NCBI GenBank assembly: GCA_963514005.1
Contig: OY740788.1
Span: 88,350,001 to 88,414,000 of the forward strand
DNA length: 64,000 nt
Source of the DNA: Raja brachyura
Lineage: Eukaryota
Direction of reading: 5' to 3'
Shown here: in pieces, positions 36,490-48,659 of the stretch
Layout of the letters: the number at the start of each line of letters is the position of its first letter
How positions within the stretch are numbered: position 1 is the stretch's first letter
The notes under the pieces: model-generated
Database searches by the model: none
Seen by the model: the letters and a program-made list of their open reading frames with translations, nothing else
Told to the model about the DNA's origin: nothing
Translations under genes and position numbers: made by a program

Positions 36490-38380
36490 TCATCAAAAAG
36501 GAAGGTGCTTAATAAAATTGGAGAATTCAACGTTCATACTGTTGGGTTGTTAGCCACACAAGTAGAATATGAGGTGTTGTTCCACTGGTTTGTGTGTGGT
36601 TTCACTCTGGCAATGGAGGAGACCCAAGCAGAAATGTCATCATGGGATGGGAACAAGAGTTCAAATCTTCTCAACAAGGAGTTCCAGCAGATCTTGGCAG
36701 ACTGAGCATGAAACGACCGCTTAGTCTATGCCTGGCCTATGCCTGGACACGCTAGAGGCAGGAAACATGTTCCCGATGTTGGGGGAGTCCAGAACCAGGG
36801 GCCACAGTTTCAGAATAAGGAGTAAGCCATTTAGTACGGAGATGAGGAAACACTTTATCTCACAGAGAGAGGCGAGTCTGTGGAATTCTCTGCCTCAGAG
36901 GGCGGTGGAGGCCGGTTCTCTGGATGCTTTAAAGAGAGAGCTAGATAGGGCTCTTAAAATAGTGGAGTCAGGGAATATGGGGAGAAGGCAGGAATGAGGT
37001 ACTGATTGGGGATGATCAGCCATGATCACATTGAATGGCGGTGCTGGCTCGAAGGGCCGAATGGCCTCCTCCTGCACCTATTGTCTATTGGTCTCACTGA
37101 GATAACGTTGGGAACAAATGTGGTAGATGAGGTTATAGCAGGTGCATGTGATCCTCGGCTTCACCTGAAAGGGCTGCTGGGGTCCCAGGATGGAAGTAAG
37201 GGAGGATATGTAGGGACAGGTGTCTCCTATGGTTGCATGGAAAGATATCTGGGGAAGGGATGGTTTAGGTGGGAAGGAATGAGTGAAGCAAATAGTTGCA
37301 GCGGGAACAACCTCTGCAGAAGGTGCAACAGGTGGAGATGTGAAGATATGACTGTTGGTAGAATCACCTTGGAGGTAATTCTATTTGCTTCACTCATCCC
37401 TTTGTAGGATGTCATGCTGGATGCAAAGTTGGTGGGGTGAAAGGTGAGGATCTTTGTCCTTCTTCATTCTGCAGGAGTAGGGGGCTGGACACAGGAGAGA
37501 CATGGGCGTGAGGTCCATCCACAACAGGAGGGGGAATCCACATTTATTAAAGAGGACACTTCAGTTGTCCTGTAGTGGAAAACCTCATCTTGGGAGTAGA
37601 TGTAGCGGAGGTGGATAACTTTAGTGTAGGGAATAGCACAGGGTGGGTGGGAGGAGGGGTAATCAAGATAACATTGTAAACTAGAGAAAGGAGAGAGAGG
37701 TATCGGAGATAATACAGATTAATTTGAAGGCAGGGTGGAAGTTAGTGGGTACACAAAATGCTGGAGAAACTCAGCGGGTGCAGCAGCATCTATGGAGCGA
37801 AGGAGATGGGCAACGTTTCGGGCCGAAACCCTTCTTCAGACAAGTTAGTGGTCATGTTGATGACATTTCTGAATGGAGCAGAAGGCAGGGCTGATGCAGT
37901 TGCTGATGTGGTGGAGAAAGAGTTGGGGGATGGTGCCATTGTACATTGGGAACATGGACTGTTCAACAGAACCAACAAAAAGGCAGTTATACGGGGGCCC
38001 ATGCGAGCGCCCTTGGCTATACCTTTGAGTGAGAGGAGTCAAAGGAGAGGTTGTTGGTTGTGGGAGAGGACACGCTCCATCAGGCGGTGGAGAATGTGAG
38101 CAGAGGGGAAGAACCAGAGAGCCCCAAGACCTTCCTGGTGGGAAGTGTAAAGGTACTGGATGCCCATGGTAATGATGAAGCGATGGCGGCCTAGACATTG
38201 AAAGCTATCAAAGTGTTGACGATAGTGTGAGGTATCTCAGATTTAGGTCAGAATGGACTGGACAGGGTGGGGTGGACAAGATAGAATCAAGACATTTGAA
38301 GAGGTGTTGGTGGGGCAGGGCCAAGCAGAAACTATGGGCTTGTCAAGGCCATCTTACTTGTGCTTGTACTTTGGTCAATA
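36490..38380 (-). mobile_element. Degraded Penelope-like element with nested CR1 (36740-37090) and pLTR (37750-37841)
   Basis: RYSQGRSHGPPYNCLFVGSVEQSMF RT remnant and similarity to 51487-52730. Confidence 0.65.
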
Positions 38381-38784
38381 GGTTTAGGTTGAGGTGTAAT
38401 ATCATCACGTGCATCGAGGTACAGTGAAAAGCTTTGTTTCGTATACTATTCAATTAATCAGATAATACTATATATTAATATAATCAAGTCAAAGTCACAA
38501 ACAATAGGTTGATCAGAGGGAAAGGGACAAGTGCTGAATATAGTTCTCAGCATTTAGAGTTTGCAACATTGTCGTGAATGAGTTCTATAGACAAAGACCA
38601 AAATCTGCGGTAGGGTAGAGGTGAATCTGCCAGTACCCTCAATAAAGGACCATTCAGAAGCCTGATAACAGAGGAAGAATTGTTCCTAAGTCTGGTGATG
38701 TGTGATTTAAACTTTCGTATCTTCTGCCCGATGGGAATGGGGACAAAACAAAAGATGAGGCATACAAATTTGCCAGAATATAAA

Positions 38785-40785
38785 AACAAAAGATGAGGCA
38801 CACAAATTTGCCAGAAAAAGCAGCCTACCGGAGGACTGGGAGAAATTCAGAATCCAGCAGAGGAGGACAAAGGGCTTAATTAGGAAAGGGAAAATAGATT
38901 ATGAAAGGAAACTGGCAGGGAACATAAAAACTGACTGCAAAAGTTTTTATAGATATGTAAAGAGAAAGAGACTAGTTAAAACAAATGTTGGTCCCTTGCA
39001 GTCAGAAACAGGTGAATTGATCATGGGGAACAAGGACATGGCAGACCAATTGAATAACTACTTTGGTTCTGTCTTCACTAAGGAAGACATAAATAATCTG
39101 CCGGAAATAGCAGTGGAACGGGGGTCAAATAAGATGGAGGAACTGAGTGAAATCCAGGTTAGCCGGGAGGTGGTGTTGGGTAAATTGAACGGATTGAAGG
39201 CCGATAAATCCCCAGGGCCAGATAGTCTGCATCCCAGAGTACTCAAGGAGGTAGCCACAGAAATAGTGGATGCATTAGTGATAATTTTTCAAAATTCCTT
39301 AGATTCTGGAGTAGTTCCTGAGGATTGGAGGGTAGCTAATGTAACCCCACTTTTTAAAAAAGGAGGGAGAGAGAAAGCGGGGAATTACAGACCAGTTAGT
39401 CTAACATCGGTAGTGGGGAAACTGCTAGAGTCAGTTATTAAAGATGGGATAGCAGCGCATTTGGAAAGTGGTGAAATCATTGGACAAAGTCAGCATGGAT
39501 TTACGAAAGGTAAATCATGTCTGACAAATCTGATAGAATTTTTCGAGGATGTAACTAGTAGAGTGGATAAGGGAGAACCAGTGGATGTGTTATATCTAGA
39601 CTTTCAGAAGGCTTTCGACAAGGTCCCGCATAAGAGATTAGCATACAAACTTAAAGCACACGGTATTGGGGGTTCAGTATTGATGTGGATAGAGAACTGG
39701 CTAGCAGACAGGAGGCAAAGGGTAGGAGTAAACGGGTCCTTTTCAGAATGGCAGGCAGTGACTAGTGGGGTGCCGCAAGGCTCAGTGCTGGGACCCCAGC
39801 TATTTACAATATATATTAATGATTTGGACGAGGGAATTCAATGCAACATCTCCAAATTTGCAGATGATACCAAGCTGGGGGGTATAGTTAGGTGTGAGGA
39901 GGATGCTTGGAGGCTGCAGGGTGATTTGGATAGGCTGAGTGAATGGGCAGATGCATGGCAGATGCAGTACAATGTGGATAAATGTGAGGTTATCCACTTT
40001 GGTGGCAAAAACATGAGGGTAGACTATTATCTGAATGGTGGCAGATTAGGTAAGGGGGAGATGCAACGAGACCTGGGTGTCATGGTACACCAGTCATTGA
40101 AAGTAGGCATGCAGGTGCAGCAGGCAGTGAAGAAAGCAAATGGTATGTTAGCATTCATAGCGAAAGGATTTGAGTATAGGAGCAGGGAGGTTCTACTGCA
40201 GTTGTACAGGGTTTTGGTGAGGCCACACCTGGAGTACTGCGTACAGTTTTGGTCTCCAAATCTGAGGAAAGACATCCTTGCCATAGAGGGGGTACAGAGA
40301 AGATTCACCAGACTGATTCCTGGGATGTCAGGACTTTCATATGAGGAAAGATTGGATAGACTCGGTTTGTACTCGATGGAATTTAGAAGATTGAGGGGGG
40401 ATCTTATAGAAACCTACAAAATTCTTAAGGGGTTGGACAAGCTAGATGCTGGAAGATTGTTCCCGATGATGGGGGAGTCCAGAACAAGGGGTCACAGTCT
40501 AAGGATAAGGGGGAATTCCTTTAGGACCGAAATGAGGAAAACATTCTTTACACAGAGAGTGGTGAGTCTCTGGAATTCTCTGCCACAGAAGGTAGTTGAG
40601 GCCAGTTCATTGGCTATATTTAAGAGGGCGTTAGATGTGGCACTTGTGGCTAAAGGGATCAGGGGGTATGGAGAGAAGGCAGGTACGGGATACTGAGTTG
40701 GATGATCAGCCATGATCACATTGAATGGCGGTGCAGGCTCGAAGGGCCGAATGGCCTACTCCTGCACCTATTTTCTATGTTTCTA
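38785..40785 (+). mobile_element. Young CR1 LINE, 5'-truncated, antisense in a gene B intron
   Basis: Uninterrupted ORF, 3' UTR and ttctatgt tail. A ~38-bp tandem duplication lies at the 5' junction (38746-38818). Confidence 0.95.
38996..40696 (+). CDS. CR1 ORF2 reverse transcriptase domain (566 aa open, endonuclease missing)
   Basis: KSPGPD, NYRPVSLTS, YLDFQKAFDKVPH, GVPQGSVLGP, SKFADDTKL. Confidence 0.92.
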   Translation: MQSETGELIMGNKDMADQLNNYFGSVFTKEDINNLPEIAVERGSNKMEELSEIQVSREVVLGKLNGLKADKSPGPDSLHPRVLKEVATEIVDALVIIFQNSLDSGVVPEDWRVANVTPLFKKGGREKAGNYRPVSLTSVVGKLLESVIKDGIAAHLESGEIIGQSQHGFTKGKSCLTNLIEFFEDVTSRVDKGEPVDVLYLDFQKAFDKVPHKRLAYKLKAHGIGGSVLMWIENWLADRRQRVGVNGSFSEWQAVTSGVPQGSVLGPQLFTIYINDLDEGIQCNISKFADDTKLGGIVRCEEDAWRLQGDLDRLSEWADAWQMQYNVDKCEVIHFGGKNMRVDYYLNGGRLGKGEMQRDLGVMVHQSLKVGMQVQQAVKKANGMLAFIAKGFEYRSREVLLQLYRVLVRPHLEYCVQFWSPNLRKDILAIEGVQRRFTRLIPGMSGLSYEERLDRLGLYSMEFRRLRGDLIETYKILKGLDKLDAGRLFPMMGESRTRGHSLRIRGNSFRTEMRKTFFTQRVVSLWNSLPQKVVEASSLAIFKRALDVALVAKGIRGYGEKAGTGY

Positions 40786-41866
40786 AGAAGGAATAACGTG
40801 GTGGGACGTCTTTGATTATATTTGCTGCTTTTCCAAACCAATATGAAGTGTGGATGGAGTCAATGGTGGGGAATGTGGTCTGTGTGCTGGACTGGGCCAC
40901 ATCACACAACACAACGGGCTACATTGCTGATTCTGGCTTCAAGATCGTTTGCAGTCACTGGATCTAACGGAGTTATTGAAAACCACAGTGTCAAGTAAAG
41001 GCTCTTACAATTTGACCCAAAGATTGCAGTCACTGAGAAAGATTTACATAGGACCTAGAAGATGAAAGGGACGGAATGCTGGACGTTACACACACCCCAT
41101 CAACAGGGGTTACAGAGCAGTCTGTGAACAGACTTTGTTTCCCAATCTCTGAAACTCACAGTCAGTTTGTGGTTGAACAACAGGAGGGTGGGAGGAAATA
41201 TATCAGAACAGTGGGTCCGAAATATTGGACAGGGATCCATTCATTGTTCAGGAGAACAAGTGCTGAATATTTTCAGCATGATGATGAGAGGTGTTGGAAC
41301 TACACTCGTAAGAAACATATAATGTCTGCACTCACTAAAACGACAGCAGACTCTAATCATAGACACACGCTGCATGGAAATAGGAACAGCAGGCACATAC
41401 ATACACAACACACATTTCATGTCATGGAGGATTCAGCAGTTTCATGGGGAATGTCCTTTGAAAGGATTCTGAGACTGCCTTTTATATGGATACACACTCG
41501 ATGGAGTTTGGAATGGAAGTTATCAGACAACAATTGAAGCAGTTGAGCTAATGGTGGAGCTGAGAGGAAGGTTCTGAGTAGACTAAAGCAGGTGAGGTCC
41601 AGAGGTTGAACTCTTCTCAGCTGAAGCTGAACCATCAGACGGGTTGTGAGACGTGACATTGTGTTCTCACTGCTCATGAACAGTGCAAGTCCCACTCTCA
41701 TTGACCAATCCACTACGTACATTTACACATCATAAAGCCATTGCGACAATACTCAATGATCCACAAAGTGAGTGGAGTAAATACCTGATGGGAAGCCAAT
41801 AACACACCATCAGGGAGAGGGATCCCAGCACAGGTCTGCTTATCCCAGAAAACCATCAGAACTCAC

Positions 41867-41940
41867 CGGGACATTTCTTGTCACAGAAATGTTTTCATAA
41901 TCTGGTCCTGGGGTCTGGTCATCGGCCGCTCCAGACTGGG
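41867..41940 (-). CDS. Gene B cytoplasmic exon 1 (QSGAADDQTPGPDYENISVTRNVP)
   Basis: tttcacag| ... |gtgagt, 74 nt. Confidence 0.83.
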
Positions 41941-42107
41941 CTGTGAAACAGAGAACAAGGTCTCACAAAGAGCAGCCTCGGGGCTGTGAATCCCACTTTG
42001 CTGCCCAACAGCATAATGACAGCTCTTTGACAATCGGATCCAGCCCTTCCAATTTCATTAAGTCCACACAGTAATCAGATCAGACTGAATTATTTAGTTA
42101 CACATAC

Positions 42108-42252
42108 AGGACTGGTGGCATCCAGAAGCTCTGCGTCTGATGAGGCAAATGGCTCCAGTAACAGCAAGAACTCCCAGCACCAAAGGCAGAATGATCCAGG
42201 CAAGGTACATCACCGTGCATTGATTCTCCTTGATTCTCCTTCGTTGGAGAAA
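42108..42252 (-). pseudogene. Gene B transmembrane exon, frameshifted by a 10-bp tandem duplication
   Basis: 145 nt versus 135 nt in gene A. tgattctcct occurs twice at 42221-42240, ahead of the TM codons. Confidence 0.85.
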
Positions 42253-43625
42253 CTGCAAAGAAATCACATCATTGGGTAAACATCAGGGAAACGTAATGTC
42301 ATTAAGAAGGAAGCCACTTGGCCCATTGTTCTGTGCCAGCTCTTTGAAAGAGTGGTCCACTGAACCTAACCCACTTATTTCCCAGAGTCCTACAATAGGT
42401 TCTCACTGAATTTATCCAATTCCTGGTGGAATGTTGCTATTCAACCCGCGTCCACCAGCTGACCCAACTGGCCACTGAATAAAGCACAGTCCCCAGAGGC
42501 ACCCTGTTCCTGCAACCTTCATTGACCATTCTGATATAAATGTACTGTGGTAAAGGAAGGAAGGGGAGCACCGAGTGTTCACAAGCCAGTGAGTTTACCT
42601 GGCCAGTTATTGGAATGCATTCAAATTAACCAAATAAGCATTAATTTAGAAATCATTAAATGTCAGCAAGCTTGAATTGTGCCCCATTGTAACAGTGCGG
42701 AGGTGATACATAGAGAGGTCAGGGTAGCAGTGGAGGGGATTAAAGTGGTGACAACAGGAAGCTCAAGGTCACTCCTGTAGATGGGGTGGAAATACTCCAC
42801 AAAGCATTCACTCTTTCTGTGTAGAAAGGAACTGCAGATGCTGGTTTATGCCGAAGACAGGCACAAAGTGCTGGAGTAACTCAGTGGGTCAGGCAGCATC
42901 TCTGGATAAGTCGGATGGGTGCCGTTTTGGGTCAGAACCCATGTTTAGACCTTGCACTGTTACTGTGTCTGATGAAGGGCTCCGACCCAAAACGTCACTC
43001 ATCCTTTTACCCCAGAGATGCTGCCTGACATTCTCCAAATTTGGCTGAACCACAATTTTATACAGATGCAACATGATCTGCTGGCTTTAATACTGAACAC
43101 CGTGACCACAGAAGGCAAGCTTGCTGGAGAGTCTTTTATTACCCTACCTACTTGAATAGCACTTTTAGGGAGACATGGACTTGCACCTCAAGATCCCGCT
43201 GTCTGGGCCCTGCCAATCCTGCCTGCATTGAATGGGATTAGCTATGGCACAGTTGGATAAGCTTGGAGTATCAGATACTGAGGTGTGTTCCTATACAGAT
43301 ATATAACATTTAAAGAGGTATAGATAGAGTAGATGTAGTTGGGGTACGTTGGCCAGCGTGAGCAAGTTTGTCTCCATGCTCTATGACTCTACATGTATTT
43401 GTCTGCCCAATATTGCAGGGTCTAAGAACTTCCTAAATTTTAAATGCATTAGAATAAGCATAAACAAATTCAGAAAAACAAAAGATTGAATACAACATAT
43501 TTTTAAAAACACGGAAATTATCATAGGTTTAACCTTAAATTAACTTGAAAACTGCAATCCCAGCCCTTGCATGTTCCATGTCTACACTAACGGAGATCAT
43601 TGAGTATTGTGTAAACTGAACTTAC

Positions 43626-43971
43626 CAGTGATGTTGAGCTGGGTTCCGTTCCCTCTGATATCTCCCCACACTGTGCAGTAATAGACGGCAGAGTCATTCA
43701 GCATCACGTTTGTGACATTCAGGATGAAGCTGCTGTTGGAGACGTCTTTGAACGGCTGGAACCGCTCAGTGAAGCCTGGTCTCCTTCGTACGCTGCCTCC
43801 TGCCTTGTGTGTTAAACCCCACTCCATGTCCTGCCCCGGGTAGTTCTCGGTACCAGTGGACATCAGTGTTTCCCACTTCAGCGTTCTCCATGGAGCAGCG
43901 TAACCGTGCCGTGTGACCCTCAGTGACACGCTCCAGCCTCGGGAATTGGATCAGGATCGGAGGGTTTGCAT
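43626..43971 (-). pseudogene. Gene B V3 exon (VJ Ig domain) with a +1 frameshift
   Basis: 346 nt. Four C at 43834-43837 where the paralogs have three. The ORF track splits it into 43766-43990 and 43597-43929. Confidence 0.88.
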
Positions 43972-44699
43972 CTTTAAGGGAGGATATCAATAGGCTATCA
44001 TTGGAATATAAGGGTTGCTAGAATTTATATAAAACAGTGGTGCAGTGGTAGAGTTACTGCCTTACAGCAGCCATGTTTCATTCTGACTATGAGTGATGGC
44101 TGTATGGAGTTTGCACGTTCTCCCTGGGAATGTGTGGGTTTCCTCCGGGTGCTCCGGTTTCCTCACACAGCCCAAGGACATGCAGGTTTGTAGGTTAATT
44201 GGCTTCTATAAATTGTCCTGAGTGTGTAGGTTATAATTAGTGTACGGGTGATTGCTGGTCAGCATGGACTCGGTGGGCCGAAGGGTCTGTTTCCATGCTG
44301 CAGTATGTCTGTAAACTAAACTAAACTAAAGTTTGGGACTTACAAAATGTAACTTACCTTACTCAAAGACAGCGTCAGGCATTAATTCCTGGGCAAGGAG
44401 GCAAATGAAATCAGTACTGGTGAAGAAATGTCTCGGACAGTTTAATGAGCTTAAAAAACAATAAATCCCAAGAAATGGAGAGAGTTGTAGATGTCGGCTA
44501 GACTCCTTTTGTTTGTAAGTTTGTAAAGTCCGCTTGTAAGTAAGAAGCAAAAACACAGCCAGGTGATGAGATTGACTGAAGTGTGGTCTAGGAATGGAAC
44601 AGTAAGCATCTTAATGGTTGTGCAGCGGTGTTCAAGGGCCTCTGGTTGGGCAGGAGACTTGCTGACAATATTTTGATGTCCCAGAGAATTATCTGAACA

Positions 44700-44900
44700 A
44701 ATCCTTGCGCTACCGTTTCAAGGCTGTTGGTGGCAGTGTGGAGTTCCTCATGCAAACCTACCATCATCCTGGGGTGGGATGTGGACTGTTGTCAGGAGAG
44801 CCAAAGTGAATTCCCACAGTAGGGGAAGCACTTCACTGCAAGAGATTCCAGTTCTGGGGAGCACAAGCTCGCCAGGACAGTCAAGTCCAAGCCACCAGGC
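44700..44900 (-). mobile_element. Rex1/Babar-like LINE endonuclease remnant
   Basis: CSPELESLAVKCFP...EFTLALLTTVHIPPQ resembles the Rex1-type EN. Confidence 0.55.
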
Positions 44901-45919
44901 GGGATTAATTAAACAGTAACCTTCTTTAATCAACTTTTAATAAACTTTAGATGATCCAACTTTAATCTTGCCCGAGTAGTGAGAAGCCTCAGGTTGAATG
45001 GCACCATCAAGTGAGGCAGGGGAGCCATGTCTCTGTAAAATAGAGCATACAGTAGTCCCTGATGATACTAACTGCCTTCTAGAAGCAGCTGTTCCTGTCC
45101 ATCACTTTAACATCTGGGAGGTTCCCAATGTTGAGGGAGTCCAGAACCAGGGTCACAGTTTAAGAATAAGGGGTAGGCTATTTAGAACGGAGATGAGGAA
45201 ACACTTTATCACTCAGAGAGTTGTGTTTCTGTGAAATTCTCTGCCTCAGAAGGCAGTGGAGGCCAATCCTCTGGATGCTTTCAAGACAGAGTTAGATAGG
45301 GCTCTTAAAGGTAGCAGTGTCAGGGGATATGGTGAGAAGGCAGGAACGAGGTACTGAATGTGGATGATCAGCCATGATCACAGTGAATGCTGGTGCTGCC
45401 TTGAAGGGTTAAATAGCCTACTCCTGCACCTATGTTCTATTGTCTATTGTCTATAGGTTAGTATCTATAATGACCCCAACAATGTCCACTTCTTTCTGCA
45501 ACGTCATTTATTATTGGGCATTCAAGACCATGACACAACCAGTCAGTGTGCTCTCCACTCTGCCCGATGGAGCATTCAGCAACAAACCCCTCACACCTCT
45601 GAGGAAGTGGAGGCATTGATGCGTTTTCTTTGAGATTGTATCCATGTGGTGGGCCCAGGACAGATCATCAGAGGTGAGTATGCTCGGGAACATGAAGCTG
45701 TGGACTCTCTCCTCCTCTATCCTGCCGAGGTAGTCAGGTTCATGGACCCTTAGCTTTCTCTGCCCGAAGCAACATTCAGCTTCTTGAAGCTCATCCATTA
45801 TTTTCCAATATAAAATGGCATTGGAGTTGTCCAAGTGGCCTCTCAGGTTCCTATTGTACCTTCGCCTCTCACCTTAAATCTATTTCCCTTAGTTCTGGAT
45901 TCGCCTTCACTGAGAAAAA

Positions 45920-46440
45920 GATTAGAAACATAGAAACATAGAAAATAGGTGCAGGAGTAGGCCATTCGGCCCTTCCAGCCTGCACCGCCATTCAATATGA
46001 TCATGGCTGATCATTCAACTCGGTATCCTGTACCTGCCTTCTCTCCGTACCCCCTGATCCCTTTAGCCACAAGGGCCACATCTAACTCCCTCTTAAATAT
46101 AGCCAATGAACTGGCCTCAACTACCTTCTGTGGCAGAGAATTCCAGAGACTCACCACTCTCTGTGTGAAAAATGTTTTCCTCATCTCGGTCCTAAAGGAA
46201 CTCCCCCTTATCCTTAAACTGTGACCCCTTGTTCTGGACTCCCCCAACATTGGGAACAATCTTCCAGCATCTAGCCTGTCCAACCCCTTAAGAATTTTGT
46301 AAGTTTCTATAAGATCCCCCCTCAATCTTCTAAATTCTAGCGAGTACAAGCCGAGTCTATCCAGTCTTTCCTTATATGGAAGTCCTGAAATCCCAGGAAT
46401 TAGTCTGGTGAACCTTCACTGTACTCCCTCTATGGCAAGG
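45920..46440 (-). mobile_element. CR1 3' fragment (another on + at about 45120-45455)
   Basis: ORF 46011-46349 is nearly identical to the C terminus of 38996-40696. Confidence 0.9.
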
Positions 46441-47744
46441 AAACAGATACAGTAGATTAAGTTGGAGGAGGTGCAAGTGAACCTCTGCCTAACCTGAAAT
46501 GACTGTCAGGGGCCCTGGACAAAGCAACCCTTGCATGACTTCTCTCTCCACACCTCCCCTACCCAAGTAGTACTAACATCAAAGTCAACTTGTTGAGTCT
46601 TATTGTCTATCACTCATTTTCACCTAGCCCAAGCTAACAATGGCCTGTTTCTTTATCATCATGATTTTTTTGGTTATCTTTCATTCATTTGTTTGAAATC
46701 TCTCCGTATCAGTGTCTTTACTCCTCGGTTCCCTTTCCCCTGACTCTCAGTCTGTTTGGTGAGAGCTGTTGTGGACATGCAAACTTTCTAAGCCTTCTAA
46801 GGAAGGAGAGTATTATTTTCCACCTGACATATTCTTCTGCTTCAGTGTTGGATTCTTGTCTTTCCTTTACTGCTGTGGGTACAAGGAGTTATCTACTTCA
46901 CTGGAACATGGGCAGTTTATTGAGAGAGAATGTGTAGGAAGGAACTGCAGATGCTGGTTTACACCGAAGATAAACACAAAATGCTGGAGTAACTCAATGG
47001 GCAAGGCAGCATCTCTGGAGAGAAGGAATGGGTGATGTTTCGGGTCGAGACCCTTCTGAAGAAGAAACATCACCCATTTCTTCTCTCCAGAGCTGCTGCC
47101 TGTCCCGCTGAGTTATTCCAGCATTTTGTGTCTATCTTTATTGAGAGGGAAATTCAACCATTAAACACACTGTTTAAAATGTTTTAGGGGCCCATTTCAA
47201 TGCAGTACAGATGAGCAAAGACTCAGATCCAGACAAGTATGAATGGTCAGACTGTGGGAGGGCATGAACTCAGGTGATCAACATGTAACCTGGTTCTTCT
47301 CAGCCGGCCACAGAGCCCCGGCCTTAGCTGGGTCAATGTTGTTGCCTCTGCTCTGTGAAGTATCAGTGATTCCTGGTTGAAATGAGGAGGAGCATTGGTT
47401 ACTCTATAGCCACGACAAGTTGTCGTTCTGCTCTCCCGTACCTTACCTCAAACAGCTGTGAGCAATGCTCTGTTAATACACTGAGCATAGAACAATGTTT
47501 CTAGTTTTCTCCACATTGAAGAACACACTGCACATTGACATTAATTTCCCACAACTCATATCTGACATACAGGTCAGTTACCATATCAGTGCTCACACCA
47601 TTAGTGAGGGACGACAAGCCGGGCTCCAGTATGATCTCCTTACTCTTTCAGTACTCCCGGTACATGTGCCAATTCAAGGGAAGTGAATTACACCCAATAT
47701 ACCTACACATAGGTGAATAAAATCCAAGTATACTTTGTACTCAC

Positions 47745-48089
47745 TGGTTACGTTGAGCTGGGTCCCATTCCCTCTGATATCTCCCCACACTGTGCAGTAA
47801 TAGACGGCAGAGTCATTCAGCATCACGTTTGTGACATTCAGGATGAAGCTGTTGTTGGAGACGTCTTTGAACGGCTGGAACCGCTCAGTGAAGCCTGGTC
47901 TCCTTCGTACGCTGCCTCCTGCCTCGTGTGTTAAAACCCACTCCATGTCCTGCCCGGGTAGTTCTCGGTACCAGTGGACGTCAGTGTTTCCCACTTCAGC
48001 GTTCTCCATGGAGCACCATAACCGTGCCGTGTGACCCTCAGTGACACGCTCCAGCCTCGGGAATTGGATCAGGATCGGAGGATTTGCAA
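47745..48089 (-). CDS. Gene B V2 exon: germline-joined VJ Ig domain, intact
   Basis: tccctttcaag| ... |gtgagt, 345 nt, phase 1/1. ARLWCSM, VHWYR, DSAVYYCTVWGDIRGNGTQLNVT. Confidence 0.93.
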
Positions 48090-48659
48090 CTTGAAAGGGA
48101 AAATATCATTACATTAGCAGTAAAGTTGAGGTTGCTAAATACTGTGTGTTTCAACTTAAAATACATTCATCCTTGGTCATTAGATAACTTCATGTAAAAA
48201 TGAAAAAATATCTTTGCTTCTGATATTAATCGCCACCCAAGAGGTTTACTAGCCTGATAATCTGGTGTTGGCTCGAAGGGCCGAATGGCTGTCTCCTGTA
48301 CCTATTATCTATTGTCTATTGTCTAAAATGAATAATTCCTGAGGACCCAATGATCTTCATCACGGAGTTGAAAGGAGTGGCATAGGAGATAGATAAGCTG
48401 TTAGAGTGTTTTGTCGTCCATTACCTTGCATCCTGATGTCTCCTTTTCATCTCTGCCCTCTGCTCATTCATCTGCCAAGATAAGCCTCCCTCTTGTGTAT
48501 CCACCTATCACTTGCCGGGCTTTGTCTCACCACACTTCTTATCCAGTTTCCTGACCCTGCTTCATTCAGTTTGAAGATATAGAAATAGGATATTCTGGTT
48601 ATCACTTTCCAAAGTTCTAGAGATTTCTGAATTGTTTCCATACATTGGAGGGGAGCAAA

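Noticed and set aside
47447-47455. 9-nt micro-exon (cacag|ctgtttgag|gtaagg) that would end a secreted V1-V2 form
   Set aside because: Poor polypyrimidine tract and no paralogous support. It cannot be supported without transcripts.
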